A stretch of 64,000 nucleotides of DNA from Balanoglossus misakiensis (Eukaryota > Animalia > Hemichordata): NCBI GenBank assembly GCA_040954595.2, contig CM082589.2, positions 2,163,498 to 2,227,497 of the forward strand, read 5' to 3'. This document shows positions 1 to 13,027 of the stretch, in pieces. A model generated the notes under the pieces. The model made no database searches. It saw only the letters and a list, made by a program, of their open reading frames with translations, and was not told the origin of the DNA. Every line of letters begins with the position of its first letter. The stretch's first letter is position 1. The translations under genes were made by a program, and so were the position numbers.

Positions 1-155
1 CATTCATGTACCTTATTTAATAATACTCCTCTTTTGGCACCTTTTGTGACAATTTCAAGAAAATGACAATATTGTAGCAGTTTTCTCAACATTCTACATG
101 TAGGGCTATGGAATGTGATAACCACACACTGCATCTGGGTAGTCATGCATCTACC
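1..155. mobile_element. Possible right end of a TTAA-type (Kolobok-like) DNA element running off the window start
   Basis: Ends ...GCATCTACC|TTAA (151-159). The reverse complement TTAAGGTAG also opens a segment at 44789. The other end is not visible, so this is weak. Confidence 0.25.
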
Positions 156-1824
156 TTAATTGATGAGTCGACTCTGAGACAGTGAGCACAGAGAGGAAAC
201 GTCTCAGTATACATATTTGTCCCCTCGAGGCTTTCCTGTCTAAGTTTCATGAACGACAGCGAAACAACGATCCTCCACGCGTGCCCCAAATGTAATTGGA
301 ACGATTCAAGCCAGATATCCAATTCACACGACGGCGCTCATGAGGCAATGCCATAAGACACCAATTAGCAAATCGTTAGCAACATGTTCTAGCGACTCTA
401 GTTGTATGAAACGAGATCACTACAGACTGCGGGTCTCGCGGGGGACGTGATTTGGCGTCTTAATCACCACCAAAAGCCTGTTTCTGCAGCTATAAAAGCG
501 ATTCCTTAACTAGATCTATTCAGGTCCCAATCAATGTTATCCAGTGTATTCTACAACAGTTTCTAGTTTACATGAAAAGACGATGAGTATAATTTAATGC
601 TAAACAAAACCTACAGGCGGTCAATTATTCCTACCATGGCAATCAAATCAGTAAATTTCTTAGAAGTGTACGCAAATATTAGTAGACTAGTCTTCCTCTA
701 GCTCTACAAAACAGAAACAACCTATCTCAAATCAGAATACAACTATTTTAGCGACAAAAAAGTTCAAGCGAAATAAGCTTTTATGGCTTAGTCAGAGTTC
801 CAAGGGAAATACTAATATACATATGTACTTTGCTGCATGCACGAAGTAAATGTTTGGTGTACCTACATGTACCTGTATGTATACACCAAAAAGTAACAGT
901 TGATACTGGTAGCATAGTTTTATCTATTTCTGAAAGTATTTCAGATATTTTTAATCTCGCCAGCCTTCATTGAGCACCACTAAATAAATATCGCAGTTTA
1001 TTTATTAACTCTCGTAGAACGCTCCATTGCACGCTATTATTCCACCCCTGCGCACACTCTATATTATTTTGACGTCCAGTCAATCTCCTTTTTGTCTTTC
1101 CAGAAGCTAGCTCTCTGGCATTTCTCATCTCTGTGCACCATACTCTGTGGCGCCACAAACTACATCGTTTGTGGTGAACACTGTAGTGATTGCCAAGGCT
1201 TCGCATTCATAGCTGCCTCCAAGGACCGAGTGGTATCGGGGTCACAGGTTAAGTGGAACCACTGGCCGTGCCTAATGTAATATGGCGTAGGCCGTATAAC
1301 AGACCACCTTGAAGGGCTGTTATTTGTAAAAAGGGCAACAATCTCCATACTTTCTGAAGTCTACACATTGGCCAAGAGAATTCGATCGAGTAGTAAACCA
1401 GCAAAAGGTCCCACGTACTTTCCATGACAAACAAGCCATTAATGTATAGTTTATAAATCTAAGTGCTGCTTTATAAAAGTATGTAAAAAGCATTAATGTT
1501 TTACTGGGTTTTAATTTAGTTATTCTTCGCTGATTGATAAAAATCGACTAAATTAAATCCCAAGTGATTGAAATGTAAAACTTCAATAGAACTCCATGGG
1601 AAAATCCATGAATTTAGAATCCAAAGAATGAACCCGAAACATCAAAACAGTGTTACTACGGGTACATTCAAAGGAAAAGTAATGCTGTACATACAACAAC
1701 ACCAATCAACTTTAAGCGTGGTATCGCAAAGACATTTTGCGTGATTGTTACTCATTCGATAGGTTCAGAACCAAGAGTAGACATCAGAAAACATAAAGAC
1801 AGAAAAGGGCCGTTTAGGAATAAA

Positions 1825-2043
1825 AGTGAAGGGGTCGTCGCGCCGCGTTTGTTTATAAACATTACAATTCATCCACAACAATTAGATCATTCTTAGAATG
1901 AACGAAGCAGCTAACTGTAGTGTAGACATTGCAGCAACTGAAGATCCTAGTAGGTCGTGGCGACTGCAGTGGGGTTTGCGCTGGTATGGGAGGGCATATT
2001 CTCATCAAGGGGGACACCCTCGCGGCGCGACGACCCCTTCCCT
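1825..2043. mobile_element. MITE with terminal inverted repeats, TTAA-type (Kolobok-like non-autonomous DNA transposon), ~219 bp
   Basis: Perfect 20-bp inverted repeat: GAAGGGGTCGTCGCGCCGCG (1828-1847) and CGCGGCGCGACGACCCCTTC (2021-2040), extending outward with one mismatch. Flanks are TAAA (1821-1824) and TTAA (2044-2047). Purine-purine 5' termini plus a TTAA target are characteristic of Kolobok; the superfamily call is inference. Confidence 0.8.
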
Positions 2044-5000
2044 TTAACACCAATTACAAAACTCACTAAACACAAATCCTTACAGGGGTTTCTTTTCAGT
2101 TTAACTGTTAACCTAGTTTGTAACAATCGAATTAGAATGTTTACATACCAGTTTGTCCAAATGACGCAGGAAGGTGAGGGATTCGGCATCAGTCATGGAA
2201 CTCGGACAGGTGTGTCTTGAAGCCTTCAGTCACCTGAAAATAATAAAAAAATGACATTGTGTTCATATTTGTTCATTTAATTAATAAGTGCTGGAATGTT
2301 CGCTGAGGCATCAATTTAACACTGGCATCTGCATGTCAGGATACTCACTGGAAGATGATTAGAAAATTAATACAATTGAATGTGTGACAGCCAAGTCCTC
2401 GAAACCCTGGAGAGGTGACTGTTATATTACAAACTTGCAGCTAGTATGGGTGAATGTGTCTCTTTTGTTGTAAACGTGTTGTCAATCAACAAAAATTAGG
2501 GCAATCTCCCCTTCTTTCGAATTGCCTAATTGTTTTGTCTACTGATTGGGTATTGATCAAAAGATTTCACTTTAACTTATTATTGTGCATTACTATGCAC
2601 CATATCATGATTAAAATATGACTCAAAACTGATCGTACGATAGAAACATCGGACGTCACATGGGTAAATGTCAAAATGGCACAACCACCCGCTATCTCTT
2701 TTATCATAATGTCCTTTGGAGGGCAGTGTTTGTTTGAATATATGAATAGAGTTTTTTTAGTGTAAATATCATAACGCCTAATACTTGAATGAATATTGAT
2801 TTTTCAGGTGATTCATATGTCTGGAATTGAGGCTGTCTAAGGGAACATTGCATGATTCCAATAATTGCTTTGAAGAATCCAATGGATCTGTAACTTAGTA
2901 TGACGCCAAGACAAATTGCAAAGAAGAGGACAATTGCCACAGGATCATATTTCGGCTCGCGGAGCACAAAAGCGGGAAATTCATAACTCGCTCGGCAGTG
3001 TACTGCTGTAAAATGACAAATGAACGCAGCAACCGCCGTTCATAAGCAATTAACATGTATAAAATTACAAGCAGGCATTCGGCAGACAAATTGGATAACT
3101 AGCGAATCAATCACATTGCAAGTCAAAGGGAAAATAAGATGCCCGCCTGAGCGAACCGACCGTGACCTTGTCAACTTGTACTTGCAGGCAACTTCAAGCT
3201 TGGTTGGTGGTACTATCTCAAACGGCTTGACAGTTTCGTTGTGCGTGCTGACAGCCCCCTTTGCTCTTTACTCAATCATTTTCAGAACTGAAGTTTGAGC
3301 GTGGCAAATTAAAATGGCATGATTTTCGTGGTTTTTCAAATGATCTCCTGTGGGTACGAAAATTATCTTGTAAAGGAGGCGCTCACTGACTGGGACGAAT
3401 TGATCTAGTTTTTTTATCTTTTAACTCTAAAAAGCTTGATGACGACGAAGGTATACTGGAGTGGCTCTCAAATAGCACAGTTGGTAACCTGGTGGTGCTT
3501 ATTCTTTCGTTTTTATGTGAGCAATTTCATCGTTTCCACGTTCATTTGCCGCTGACGTCAAACTGCTTGGCACAAGAATTATGCGCCAATTTTTGAAGTG
3601 TAATACAAAAGAGACTGAAGTTGATAATCTGTCCACGGCCAGGATGTTCTCTCCGTGACGCAGTCAAGCGAATGTTCAAAGGCATTGCTGAAAAAGTTCC
3701 CTGCCTCTTGGGTAAACCGCACTATCAGACCAAACAAGTGAACAAGCATTAGGCCGTTTCGCGCTGATCTCTCTTACGTGCACTGACCCTCCGACGGAAA
3801 CACCCGTTTCTGTCCCAGAGGGCCCGTCTGTCTACACAGGTTAGGGCGAGCAGAGTCAACCTGGCGTGAGGAATTACCTTGAAGCGATTCAACTTCGCGG
3901 AGACGAACCGAAGAGTGTATTAAAATAAAATGGATGACACAGGTTCCAATTTAAGGGATTAGCTATACGTAAAGGGGATTCAATTACTCCGATGATTTTC
4001 CTGTGCCTTGGGGGATTTTGAGAGGGAGCACATTTGTCAGCACGCGTGTTTACTCGTCCGCGCGACTAGAAAGCTTCCATTGGCAAATTTCGTCCGAACG
4101 CAGTAGCCACATACATCACGTTTCACCAGCCTTCTCTGGGAGATTTCCAAGGGATTGCTCTCTGATTTATACAGTCTACTAAATCCACGCATTTGTACAC
4201 GTCAGCAGTGTCCTACCCTGCGGCAGGGCGAAATGAAGAGACGGTGCTCTGTTCTGGTCTGACTTTCTACTGCGTGTGACAGTTAACTGGAATTGCCAAC
4301 AACTTTATGACCAACAAAAAGTATCAGAGCGACAACAAGTTAAGCAAGCAACCAAACAAACATGCATGTAAGCATTTCCTGTGTTTTCTACTCTAGCGCA
4401 GAACCAGTCCCTTGTGGGTTGCTATTGTCTTCCTCGTATTGATTGACTCTTACTTTTCAATGCTAACAACATTGAATTGAATGGATAGAGTACATTTTTA
4501 CGACGGCAATTCAAATCACGCGAACACCATTAACTTAAATGGGTCGGTATTCTGCTGATCTCTAACCCCTGTTGATGAGAACACCGCATTTGACGCGTGG
4601 AATCAAGAAGTCCCTGCGCGTCGCGCGGAAGATTATGTAGTCTGCTGGCTCTTAAAAAAGTCAAAAAGTTACTTTTAATCTTCTTAACCGTAAAGAAAAA
4701 CAGGGCATGACATCAGGCAATTTGTGCTACCCAGAGCGTGTTAAACAACTCTATTTGGCTTCTACTGAAAAGGTACTCATTCTTTCAAACTCGTACGCTA
4801 TACACACAAATCCGCCATGAGGCCTAACTCAGAATCATTATCCCTGACATAAAGTTATTATACTTCATGTAATCCGTCTACATTGATAGGTGTATTCAAC
4901 GATGAAAACAAACTCTCTTTTAGTCGTCTGACAGTCACAACGATCAAACTGACACGTTTTGTACATGTTGCTATGAATGCGAACATGACGTATATCCGTA

Positions 5001-8000
5001 AAGTTTTAACTTCAAGACGTACGTCTTAGGATAATGCAATTATAACGCCTGACAAGGCCCGAATGATATGTCCGTTCGGAGACTCATATCATAAGCCCAC
5101 AAGACATCAATTTTCGATGTACGATTTAGTTGCGCCAATACCTTCAGAACTTCCTAATGCGAATGAAGTTATCTTTTAGCGTCTCTCTAAACTGTAGCGT
5201 CTTTAAACGCGAAAACACTTCATCATGCCACACTCCAGGCCTGATCACTGTATTTTGTCTTATTGCATCTTGATTCTTCACCGACAAATGAAAAACTGAT
5301 TTCCATAGACATAAATATCAAATATAGGGTTTGTTTATCGCCGCCCTATTCCTCAAATAAAATATTTACCGGGGTAAACTGACCGTAAACGAGTTATCAC
5401 TGAACCTCGGTCGACATTTATTTGCCTATAAACACCATCTGCAGCAACAAGGTCGGTTGTATTGGTATCACGGCTATAAAAAGCAACCATTTTAACGTCA
5501 AAACTCAATTACACAAACAATGATGTCTTATAGCATCGTCAATGGCTACATAAATTTCCACAGCTTTCTTGATATGTTATGATTAGTCTCGCGGAAATAT
5601 CACGACCGCGCCTGCCTCGGGAACAATCCGCCTGGTGCGAACCGCGCATGCTCAAGATTAAGGTGTTCCTGTATATTGAACGCAGATATCAGATAATGTG
5701 AGGTTTGAAAAAGAACCAACTACAATTGCTGCTACCAATACCCATTTGAAAAAAGGGAATCAACATTGAGTGGAAGTGACCTTCGCGTGAATTTGACCTT
5801 CTATGTACCGGGGTCGACGTCATCCCGTGTGCGTCATCGTTTAAACCAACACGCGATTGCCCATTTGTCTCGGTCTATTTCTCTGCATTGATCTGATCTG
5901 TAAGCTCTATAGATCTTCCTTTCAAAGGCTGCTCGGTCAGGGCCAGATTGTACGTTTAAATAACCGAGTGTACGTGTTTTCAATAATCAGGGGAGAGTGG
6001 AATTCGTAATGTTGGACAATCGATGAAAGAAAATCTCCACTCTTGTTTTCAGTTTCGGGTGTGGCTCGTTTATTTGGAAATCACTCACTAAATTAAAGTT
6101 GACGACATGACTACACGAGGTAACTATCACATCACTTTTGAAGTCGCTGTGTAAAGGAAGCGTTCTGTGACTCTGTTTAAATTAAGAATACTGCGGCAAA
6201 ATAATTTGTTTCACTAGCATAGATTTTGTTACTTATATTGAAGTCGTGTTTTACGTATGAAAATGATTTCTTTTAAGTTGGTTGTATTTGCAGAATAGAA
6301 TTATAGAATTGAGGGTAAATGCCCAGTGAGAATTTAAGTCATCCAGGATAACGGGCACCTCACAGCAACACAGCATGTCTCTCATCATCCTGTCCACTAA
6401 CACATCTTTCACCAACAGGCAGAGCCAATTTTAACCACTCAACTAGCTACAGATTGAAACCTCTGCCAGAAGTGACCCACTCATTCTATACGCCCACACT
6501 CTCAAAGCTGCTTCGGTATGCGAATGTTGGGCCAGTCTTGTTAATCCGTAGTCATACAGCGGGTATTCACCAATGTGGTGACATGGCACACCTGTTGTAG
6601 GATTCGGAAAAGAGCTGGAGCTTAGTGTTTATCGCATTGTCATAGATTGCTTGTCCATCTATCTGTCTAAATGACAGGTGTTTTCTTGCTTTGAAACCAA
6701 TTAGAGAAAAATTAGGAAAAGTAGCACGTCATGAGAATTGGCACTGCAATTAACAACAAAAGTTGTTGATGGTAATTCATACATTCTTACAATACCAGCG
6801 ACGAATGCTTTATAATAAATAGAGATTACTTCCTCGGCATGGTAACAGCTACGTCAGACGCGGGCAGCATATTCGATATAAACTCATTGGTGATGGTCTT
6901 CATTTTCCAAGCGGATTCAAAATGAATTTAAATTAATCTTTTAATAATAACAAGTTTGAAATTAGGTCTCTAATCATCTCACCGTTTCCTTCATTCCACC
7001 CGATTTTGTCTTACAAAAGAATCACCCCGAGGTAAACACGTACCACATATCGATAATCCATGAAAATTAACTTCAGCGAATACAATATTACAGATGAAAC
7101 ACATTTTATGCATTTCACAGGATAACACAATAAACGACAGAACACGATTTCGAACACTTGCAAGTTGAGCTGATAATTTCACCACTGTTGGCAAAGCAAA
7201 TTACCATGGCGACGAAGTAAAAGAAGGCTAGCCATGGAAAGTTCACCGAGAAGTAATGTGTAGATTAAATTGAGTTAAAGAATAGGAGATTTTGATTTGA
7301 AGTTATTCCACATACATGGATTATCTGCGCCAATGCAGGTACAGGAAAGAGGATCAGCAAGACTTTTATTGACATTGCATCGAGAAACATGACCTTTTTG
7401 TGCATTCCAACCACTATTGGCTCTCTGTACTACATCAAAGATAAAATCCACAAATATTTATAATAGTATACATGGACGTGACAACAGGAATCCGAATAGT
7501 CTTTTCAGAATCTTGGCTAATTCATGCACGCGAATAGGAACACGATAATCTGCTGAACAAGGAAATGGAATAAAGATTAGGCTAGCAAAAAAAATCTTGG
7601 ATCATATAATAATCCCAGAAGTGGATGCACATACATGTATTGATTAGTTCGGTGGTTGGAGGTTTGTAGTTGAAGCTAGATAAGTACGCTATGTGAACAA
7701 AATGAAAAGTTTAAAGGTATTTTCCAGTTGAAGAAATGGAACTGTCTGTGATAAGGAAAACGACTGAGACTGTGAGAAAATTGTGAATGCCCATTCGGTC
7801 ATTTATGGCCGAAATTATTTCATCAACAGACAGCAGGGCATGCATGCACAGGTATGCAATGCTGCAGTACTGAATTCTACTGTGACTAAAAGATCAGAAT
7901 AGAACATGCGAAATAATCAAAGCTAGATTTTTGAACGGAGAGCAGGATCCCACTGAAGCGATTTCGAAGAAGGTCCCCTGATTACGACTAACTGTCTACC

Positions 8001-8178
8001 CTCTCAAAATACTCACTCTGCCGAATGTAATGTTCAATGTAATCACGAAGTGTGGAGTTTGTATTTAAAAGGTCATCAGCACACTATCTTTTTTCACGGG
8101 TTCACAGGTTCACAAAATTACTATTATAGACTCAATTGTCAGCGCCAGGCAACTACGCGGAAGTCTAAACGTCGATAT

Positions 8179-8459
8179 AGAGATTTTAGATACAGTCGCC
8201 GCTTGCGTTGGCAATAATAATGTACCAGTTCTCGTTGCCATGGTTTCCACTAACGTCCAACTTTCCGCCTGTTTGCACTAGCCCATGTGACGAAAGATCG
8301 CCATCGAAGGAGAGTTGGCATTCGCAGTAATGGTTCTGATTCCGAGTCTCACAGGAGGATTAACGATTCAACAACTGGAGTATGTCTGCTACGTGTTGAT
8401 ACACTTTTTCTCACTTTGACGCCATGGCGACAACGCACACGCGAATCATATCTATCTCT
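8179..8459. mobile_element. Possible old MITE with degenerate terminal inverted repeats
   Basis: Left end AGAGATTTTAGATACAGTCGCCGCTTGCGTTG versus reverse complement of the right end AGAGAT---AGATATGATTCGCGTGTGCGTTG: a gapped but collinear match. No clear TSD. Confidence 0.35.
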
Positions 8460-11400
8460 TCAATAAAAAAGTTTGCTCACACGTCTGGCACACAGAAGGT
8501 CAAACACGGACATAAATGGCTTTGCATCTGAGGGTCGTGGGAAATCTGGTTATAGAGAGAGTGCTTGACAACTGTTTCAAGTTTCAATTTAATCGTCGAG
8601 CCAATTGAATCAAAGGTTCTTTTCACACATCTAACGGTGACATACACTCATTCGAATTCGAGGGATGGATTTTTCTTGTTGAGGGATATAAAACTTGTCG
8701 TCGTTCCGTCGCGCGCAGCGGGAAGACGCTACAGTCTAATGTGGGGCAAGCGTATCAAATTCACATAACACACATCGCATATGTATGCAACAACGCGATG
8801 GGTATATAAGCCAGTAAAAAGTTTGACATTGAATTTCTCGTACTTACGATTCCCTTTACTTGCTGGACTTCTAACGCATACGTGATGTCAGATAAGTCTA
8901 ACAATGTTGCTTGCTCACAGATGGTCGCCGAAAGAGATTCTCTCCTGAATCTAGAGAGCGGATTTGTTTTAAGAACCAACCGTATCGGAATATATTAAAT
9001 ATGCTAATGAGATCTCGGCGAAGCGAAGAGAGACGGTTCGCTGCAGATCCCAATTCCCAGCCACTTGCCCGCGAGCTCTACTGGGACCGCCCATTTGTGG
9101 AAATTAAAACGAACATCCACGGATATGCCGAGATGATAGCAGACGTTTCAACCTTGATGTTTGCACAGAGATAAAAGTAGTGGAAGCTAACATTTGCTGT
9201 GAAATGGGTGTTTTGAAAAAAAAATACAGGAATCAAGGTCTTGAAACGAATCGTTATTGAGTGCTGAATGCGAATTACACGAAAATACACTTTACGAATA
9301 ACAAAAACTGACAAGCGCACATTATGACATGTATAAAAGAGTCACTTCACGGAATGGCGATTAGGCATTATTTGCTTCAAATACCGGACATTAAGCAATC
9401 TCAAGGACATGGACAATTGGGGAAAAATTGCGTTAAATTAACATTTTGTTGATCATGATGAAGATTTAATTAGGCAAACCATTGAAAAGTCATGTCGTTG
9501 CTGGAAAATACTGTACGTTGTGAATAATTGGCTACACACCGCTGGCTTTGCTATATTGATATTTCAATAATTTCTATATCGATGGGGAATTTAGTGGAGC
9601 ATTATACAGCAAAGGGAAACGATTGTTATGTTGTTTAGCTCATGTCTGTTAAAATCAATAGAGACGAACTTTGTGCGTTATCTGGTTTATATATCGCCTT
9701 TCCTTCACCACTCCAGGCGGTCACGTGTCACATCATTCTTAGATGTATTAACTTTTGCAGATGTTTTCTCAGATTAGTCTTTTAATATGACGTCTTGTTA
9801 CATCCACGGTTTCACTATACTTTTGTAGCTCCTTTCATCTTTTGTTTCTCTAACTTGCAGCCATCTGCCTCCCATGGGACCAATTTAAAATGGTTTCTTA
9901 CTTCACATACAACTGTGACGAAATTTGCTGCTGTTATTCGATGGCGCAAAGCCTGTGTACAATTGTTATTGTCTCTGCCAAGTCTCTTCAAAACAGCCCC
10001 GGCCAACCCAATCCATTTGCTTGTGTAAACATTTACTTTTTAGCTCCAGCACGGTCACGGCCACTCCACAGCATTTGCTAATGCGTGAAGTGGTCATACT
10101 GTATCCGGTTCACCCAAAAGCTTATAAATCCTTTGATCGCTGTACAAGGCTAAAATATAGATGTTTTGCTGCGATTTTAAACGTCAGAGTGGCATTTTAT
10201 GTATTTTTAAATATACATACTATCAGATCAAACCATCCAAGGACAGGATAGAGACCCATACGCCGCATGTGTTTACGATTTACCGAACAGAAGCGGAGAA
10301 CACTCGTTATGCTCTCAGATTAGCTTACATCTTATACCACTTATTTTTGTCAAAGTAAGAATTGGAAAGCTAATTGAACACACTTACACTTTATTTGGGT
10401 CTGAATGACTAACAAGCAAAACGTTTTGAATACATATTATTGACCTGTCAGAATCTACAAGACACACTCATTGCGATTAAGTGTTCGAATAAAAAATGTT
10501 GTGCGCCCTCTAGTTTCTTGCCGTGCATTAGAATTACGTTACATCGTTGACTGCAGAAGTCACACGATTTGTCAGACATCACCATGTTTCTGTTTTGGCA
10601 TGCGTACATACGCTAAGTGTATAACTTCTGGAAGCATATACCGTACGTGTCGTTACAACTGGTTCTTTCTTTTACATTCACTGCACATCACATGTAATCT
10701 GCATTTCAACTCTTGAAGAGTCCCACTTTAAAACGAAGTCTGAGTACCTTATATTACATTCAACTTGACGATTGTGTATAAACGGTTAACAGCACTCTAA
10801 GTGCAAAATAAACAAACATTATTAGCCTCAGGGTCGAGAAAGGTGAAAATATTGACACATTTAAAAGCGTAACACACACACACACGAGTTTTGAAGGAAA
10901 GTAAGTCACATGTCAATAGATAATTCCATATGTTACTGCAAGGGACATTTATCAGGTAGAAAATGCACATATCAATATCGACCTAATTCCATTCAGATGG
11001 TGCAACCGTGCATTACTGGCGCTCGCGGATATGTTGGATTGAGTTTCTATGGAACAATGCGAAATTTATTCCGAGTCAATGGCCGCTGTACGCTTGAAAT
11101 GATTTCCAGAGTGGAGAGGTTTCAAAACGTAGAAATTTCAAACTGGGATGTAAACCAAGCATAACGTACGGTTAGTTACATTTATTAGTTTTGTGGGTGA
11201 GGTCAGCGCTACGGGTGTGTAAGATTGATTTTTGCATGAAGAGGCTGGGGGTTTAATTCTAAATCTTCTGGATATGGACGTACATGTACTTGTGCAAATT
11301 CATCATCTTCTGTACTCTGAACTATCATGGACTCAACACATTCATCAAATACCCACAATTTCAATTTTGGACGGCCTGATATTATTCTTGTCAACTACAC

Positions 11401-12955
11401 GGCAACACAGATGGAGAGTTTCATTCTATTTCAGGCAGGTTTAAATTCTACAATGACGACAGAAAGATAAAAGCGCCCCCACTCGTCTCGTTTTATTCAT
11501 GACATCTGTTCCGTTTTTTCATTTCAGAAAATAGCTATATTTGAAACTGATGTATGACTATAATTATCACATAATTTTATCGCTTATTAGGACTCGAAGG
11601 ATAAAGTTTTGCTTCGCGCTCATGTGATGCCTCCAGTAGCTGCGTCGATTCGCTTTCTCAAAACATTCCGCTATCGGACGATAAGCTTGTATTAGAGTTA
11701 ATACCGACTGCATCACTTTCATGCAACGAGCAGTCTGCATTCAAATATAGTTCGATAATTTCTGGACTCATAATCATACCGCCATATTCCATGAAAATGC
11801 TGAATAACCTACCAGATACGCTTAGATTGATAATGTATCACGTACATACATGTAGCAAAATTTATTCAGTCCCAGGAACTTTGTGATACTTCTTCCAAAA
11901 TGGAATCTGTTCCTAACATTATCATTTACCTTAAGCTTAAGGCGCAGATTATGCTTTTATATTATGTTTAGAGCAGCAGAAGGCAGAGACACCGTAGGGA
12001 AACATGAAACACTGCAGACTAATAAAATTATAAACGTAACCTTTGGTATTTTTCAAACTCATCCCTTGGCAGTATACACCGTCCTTTCCATCAAGGAAAG
12101 CTAGGCTACCTCGCGTAATTGTACCAAATGATACCTATGGAAGACGTCTGAGAGTAACATTTCTAATAACTTGACAACGGGAGGATAATTTGAAGGTTCA
12201 TAAAGCTACCAGCTGCACGGTTGCAAAAATAGCCAGTTTCTTGCCATAGAGCAACACAAGATTGTAACAAATAAATGAACACATTATGAATATTTCTGTA
12301 TATTCTGCGGCCGAAACGAGTGGGGTATGTTGGGATATGTGTCTCATATGTCGCAGGACCATACTGGTACTCCAACTACTAAAATATGGTGAAAGCTTGG
12401 TATTTAACGTTCTTTGAAATGTAAAATGCACAGATATTTTATCACAGCTTTTCATCAAGATGAAAATCGCACAATACCTGAAATATCTTTATTTACGTTC
12501 TTTCAATACGCAAGTCTTCCTTGGTTGGCAGAAACTCAATTTTACAGTTTTCAATTTTATTTCCAATTATCTAACAAGAGCGGGGTGATTGAAGGTTGGA
12601 GATATTTTCGATTTTACGAAAAGCAGCCTTTCAATTTATTTTCAACAGATGGTACACTGGCTAGCAGGGTGAATCCGTGGATAGTGTTTCAGCGATCCAT
12701 ATTGCTCGGATTAAAACATTTAAGGCTTGTCTCAACAATAATTAAAATAGCACAGCGTCAACATATGTACGTACAAATGTACGAGATAAGTGCATTTAAA
12801 ATGGATAAATCTGGATGTGACAGCAATATGCAAATTGACTATATGTGTACAGAATATAGCAACATTAGGGAAGCTAGCTATTCATATTTTATACCATACA
12901 TTGTCTCCGGTTCTCTTGATTCTGCCATATGCACATGAAAATGTTTTAAATGCAA

Positions 12956-13027
12956 TACGTACATGCCTGCCTGTCTGTCTGACTGCCTGTCTGTACGTAC
13001 ATACGTACTTACGTACATGTACATATA
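12956..13027 (+). repeat. Compound degenerate tetranucleotide repeat (TGCC/TGTC then TACG/TACA)
   Basis: tacgtacatgcctgcctgtctgtctgactgcctgtctgtacgtacatacgtacttacgtacatgtacatata. Confidence 0.75.

Noticed and set aside
174-207. CTGAGAC...GAAACGTCTCAG, reminiscent of a minimal Penelope hammerhead
   Set aside because: No CUGANGA box in the right place and no stem II; just a 7-bp stem.
11929-11942. Palindrome CCTTAAGCTTAAGG
   Set aside because: Short and isolated, with no associated element boundaries found.
12414-12938. 174-aa plus-strand ORF, the longest outside the GPCR
   Set aside because: Non-ATG start, AT-rich F/Y/I-biased composition and no domain motif; consistent with chance.
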